Source: Malassezia furfur (Eukaryota). Taken from it: a stretch of DNA of 44,096 nt. A program made the position numbers and the translations under genes. The stretch's first letter is position 1. Each line of letters starts with the position of its first letter. The notes under the pieces were generated by a model that saw only the letters and a list, made by a program, of their open reading frames with translations, had not been told where the DNA came from and did no database searches. The stretch is from assembly GCA_052055015.1 (NCBI GenBank), contig JBQJIT010000042.1, one strand, 5' to 3'. This document shows positions 40,925 through 44,096 of this stretch, piece by piece.

Positions 40925-42199
40925 ATGGCGCATGGGGGGGGATTGCTCTTCGACCCTGCGCTGCATGCCGCATACTACCACTACCAATGGGCGATAGACC
41001 GCCGAAATGCGGTGACGGTATGTGTGCGTGATGTGCAGCGCCTGGGGTACGCATTCCCGTCGCTGTTTGAGCAAGGCGTTCTCCGCGTGTTTCTGCACCA
41101 CCAATGGCCGTGCATCTATGTCACACTTGTCGCGACCGTCGTGGCTGTGCGCGAGCAGGAGGCGGCGATGGAGTATACTGGTATGTGGTGTGCTGATTCA
41201 GTTGACGATGGGTCTGCAGCAATGGATATACAGTGTGCACAGCTGTTGAAACCGGCGCAAGAGCACGGCGTGTACAGCTGCTATGTGCGTGCCGAGAACG
41301 AATCCGTTGCGGTGCCCACACTCGCAGTCGGCGACGTGGTACGCATAACGGGCCGAGTATTTGAGCGGCGCGACAAGTCGCGCGTCGTGGACGTCGAATG
41401 GGTCGAGCGTGTCGAGGTGACCCAGGAACCGCTGCACTTGCTCCGAGCGCTAGCGTACGGTGCCGAGCGGTACGCCCAGCCCCCACCCCTGCCAAGGGCG
41501 CGAGTCGATGACCCGACGCTGGATCGCATCGAATCACTCAAGGAGAACAGAGCAGCCTCCCCGTATTCATGGTCAGTCACGGAGCTTGCCAAACACGCGC
41601 CAGAGGCGCCGCACCCACCCCCTGAGCCGTGCGGTACCTCTGAAGAGGCGCCTACGCCCGTGGTGGCTTCGACGCGATCCATGGTTGCATTTCTCGCGCG
41701 CTATCTACAGGATAAGACCCAGGCCGCGAATGACGCGGGGACTCTGCGCCCTCCAATGGCGCACCCTACGTTCACGATACCCCAGCTGCTATCGAGCGCG
41801 ACGGTGCAATTCCACGCGCAGCGGCTTGTTGCGCACAAACTGCCCGGACGCACGCTGTCGCCGGCCGACCGTGATGTGAAAGTCGCGCAGCTCATCGCCC
41901 ACTGCGTGCGGCGCCTCGTGCGCACCGGTATGCTTCTTGAACGCCGCGCACGGACGAACAGGTTCCAAGTGGTGTGCCCTGCGCTGATTGCCTCGTACAT
42001 TGCGGTGCTGGTGCGACACACGCCCCAGCAGCGGCATGAAGAGGTCCGGCGTTTCTCAGCCGCGTCCATGCGCCGGCGTGTGTGTGCCGCTGAGCCGCGG
42101 CTGGCCTGTGTGCCACTCACGACGTTTGACGCGGCGCTGGCGCTGCTCGCGGACGCGGCGCTTGTGGTGCGCCGCGGCACGCAGTGGGGCGTGCCGTGA
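40925..42199 (+). CDS. STN1: OB-fold protein, probable CST subunit Stn1
   Basis: WPCIYVTLVATVVAV..YT|VDDGS..IQC..VGDVVRITGRV..E..H resembles Stn1/Rpa2-type OB folds. In-frame 21-nt intron 41181-41201; divergent C-terminal half. Confidence 0.55.
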   Translation: MAHGGGLLFDPALHAAYYHYQWAIDRRNAVTVCVRDVQRLGYAFPSLFEQGVLRVFLHHQWPCIYVTLVATVVAVREQEAAMEYTGMWCADSVDDGSAAMDIQCAQLLKPAQEHGVYSCYVRAENESVAVPTLAVGDVVRITGRVFERRDKSRVVDVEWVERVEVTQEPLHLLRALAYGAERYAQPPPLPRARVDDPTLDRIESLKENRAASPYSWSVTELAKHAPEAPHPPPEPCGTSEEAPTPVVASTRSMVAFLARYLQDKTQAANDAGTLRPPMAHPTFTIPQLLSSATVQFHAQRLVAHKLPGRTLSPADRDVKVAQLIAHCVRRLVRTGMLLERRARTNRFQVVCPALIASYIAVLVRHTPQQRHEEVRRFSAASMRRRVCAAEPRLACVPLTTFDAALALLADAALVVRRGTQWGVP

Positions 42200-42247
42200 G
42201 GCCACGCGTGTGGAAGATGACGTAGTCCTTGTCCTACATAGGCCATG

Positions 42248-44096
42248 CTACAACGACGCAAGCATCGCCGTGCCAAAGTCGGCGGCGGCCGCCTGCAGCT
42301 GCTCGACCTCGGGCGGATGCGCGGGCGTCCAGTGCATCGACGGCTCGGGCGCATCGGTGTGCGCCGCAGCGAGCCGCGCCAGGTTATGAAGGACCACGAG
42401 CATTTCGGAGCGCGCAACGGTCGTCATCACCGTCGGCTTCGCCGGCGGGTACAGCAGCGGCACGGCCTCGATCAGCTCGTGAATACGCTGCGTCGCCTGC
42501 TGCAGCGCGTGCCGCTCGCCAGAGGCAAGCGATTGGCTCGCGGCCTTGGCAAGCAGCGGCGGGAGGATGTGCGGCAGCGTCGCATAGTCAAGCAGCACAC
42601 GCCCCTGCGTGTTCCAATGCGCCACGCGGAACGGCTGCCCTGCCGCGCGCGCCGCCTGCTCCGCGTCGCCAAACGGCCGGAAAAGGTCGAGGAGCACTGC
42701 AGCGTCCGCGCGCACAAACGTCTCGGGCGCAAGGTAGGTCACCGCGACGTGGTGCGCGGCGCTTAGGTCGCCCGCATCGAGCCACCGCGTGTACTCGCGG
42801 TAGTAGTCGCCCGCGGCGCGCGCCGCGACCGCCTCGGCGGCCGCGCGCCATGCCTCGGGGATGGCGAGCTTGTCCAGGAACGCGCACTGCGTATCGAGCA
42901 GCGCAACGTTGCGCTCAAGGAGCGCCTGGACCGCAGCGCGGCGCACGTCGGCGTGCGTGAGATGCAGCAGGACAAACGCAGCCCAGTGCCAGAGGCCCTG
43001 TGCCTCGAGCTGCGCTGCGTACGCGAGCGTGAGTTGCTCTCCGGTGTCGGCGTCCGCAAACGAGCGCAGCTGCAGCGCATGCACGAGCAGGACGTAGGTG
43101 TGCCAAGGGAGCGTGTGCTCCACGGCGCACGAGCCAAAGTTGCGCGCATTGAGCACGCGTTCGAGCGGGTACGCCGGGTCAACGTGCAGCTTGAGCAGTT
43201 CGAACATCGCATCGTACTCCATGTCGGGGCGCTCGGCGAGTTCGCGCACCTTGAGTGCCCCGAGGCGCGCCGCATCGACGTACGCGGGGAGCGGCGGCTG
43301 CGTGTCGCTGGCGGGTGCCGCCAGCGCGGCGGCATAGGAAGCCACGCTCGCAGCAAGCGGCGCCTCCCACGGCACGCCGTACCACACGTGCAGGCCGAGC
43401 GCGCGGCGCCAGTCGAGGCCCGACGCGACCCTGGCGGCGGTGCCAACGTGCCCCGCAAGGCATTCATACACGCGGCGCATGGGCGCCCCGATCGACGGCA
43501 GCACCTCTTCTTTTTCCCAGACGCGCAGCTGCTCCGCGAGGAACGCCTGGCTGCTGGCATCGCCGCCCGCCTGCGCAACCAGCGTGGCGAGACGCAGGTC
43601 GCTGGCCTCGACGGCCGCGTCGGCGGCGTGCTCGATCTGGTGGCCGGACAGCAACGCAAACACAAGCTCGGCACGACGCGACGCAGCGCGGTGCGCGCGC
43701 GCCTCGCTCTGTACGGTCGGCGCGACGGCACGCGCGAGCCACTCGGAAAAGGCCGTCTTGCGCTGCAGCCGCTCGACCTCGGCAACGAGCGCACGCGGCG
43801 CGTCCGGCGGCACGTCGCGGCGCACGGGGTCAAACAGCGCCGCGCCAAGGTGGAAAAGCTGTGGCGCGTACCGTTTGTCGTCGGCCGCGTAGTGCTGTGC
43901 ATGCGTGGCAAACGAGGTACCCGGCCGGGGCGTCGCCACCGGCACGCCGTCGACCACGGCAATGTCGGACGCCGCGAGCTGCTGCGCGAGCAGCGCCTCG
44001 GCGAGCGCCGCGGCGTCCGGCGGCGCCTGCCGCGTCTTGGGCACGACGCCATGCACCGGCGACGCCGGGTCGAGCAGCCGGTCGACGGCCGCGTCC
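42248..44096 (-). CDS. NUP145: Nup96/Nup145C region of the Nup98-Nup96 nucleoporin (5' partial)
   Basis: RKTAFSEWL..V, LSGHQIEHA..A..DLRLATLVAQAGG, LDWRRALGLHVWYG, YAAQLEAQGLWHWAAFVLLHL. The frame continues to the window edge. Confidence 0.88.
   Translation of the reverse strand, partial: DAAVDRLLDPASPVHGVVPKTRQAPPDAAALAEALLAQQLAASDIAVVDGVPVATPRPGTSFATHAQHYAADDKRYAPQLFHLGAALFDPVRRDVPPDAPRALVAEVERLQRKTAFSEWLARAVAPTVQSEARAHRAASRRAELVFALLSGHQIEHAADAAVEASDLRLATLVAQAGGDASSQAFLAEQLRVWEKEEVLPSIGAPMRRVYECLAGHVGTAARVASGLDWRRALGLHVWYGVPWEAPLAASVASYAAALAAPASDTQPPLPAYVDAARLGALKVRELAERPDMEYDAMFELLKLHVDPAYPLERVLNARNFGSCAVEHTLPWHTYVLLVHALQLRSFADADTGEQLTLAYAAQLEAQGLWHWAAFVLLHLTHADVRRAAVQALLERNVALLDTQCAFLDKLAIPEAWRAAAEAVAARAAGDYYREYTRWLDAGDLSAAHHVAVTYLAPETFVRADAAVLLDLFRPFGDAEQAARAAGQPFRVAHWNTQGRVLLDYATLPHILPPLLAKAASQSLASGERHALQQATQRIHELIEAVPLLYPPAKPTVMTTVARSEMLVVLHNLARLAAAHTDAPEPSMHWTPAHPPEVEQLQAAAADFGTAMLASL

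Overview
Eukaryotic, extremely gene-dense fungal DNA, most consistent with a Malassezia-type basidiomycete yeast (inference from compaction, GC-rich codons and gene content). It holds about 28 mostly housekeeping genes, two of them cut by the window edges, and I see no mobile elements, rRNA, tRNA or CRISPR. The ORF track is fragmented because genes are interrupted by tiny spliceosomal introns. I resolved 39 GT-AG introns by hand, all 21-29 nt (median 23). Main leads: (1) a 23-nt intron that removes the COQ8 stop codon and fuses COQ8 in frame, through a presequence-like linker, to a Cys-motif Oxidored-like protein; (2) a PIG-H/Gpi15 domain nested inside a degenerate S9 peptidase fold; (3) the micro-intron architecture itself, with many stop-less 3n introns; (4) a TCACGTG element that I found only in intergenic DNA; (5) one unusually long candidate 5'-UTR intron with an H/ACA-like hairpin. 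All family assignments are from recognised motifs, not database searches.
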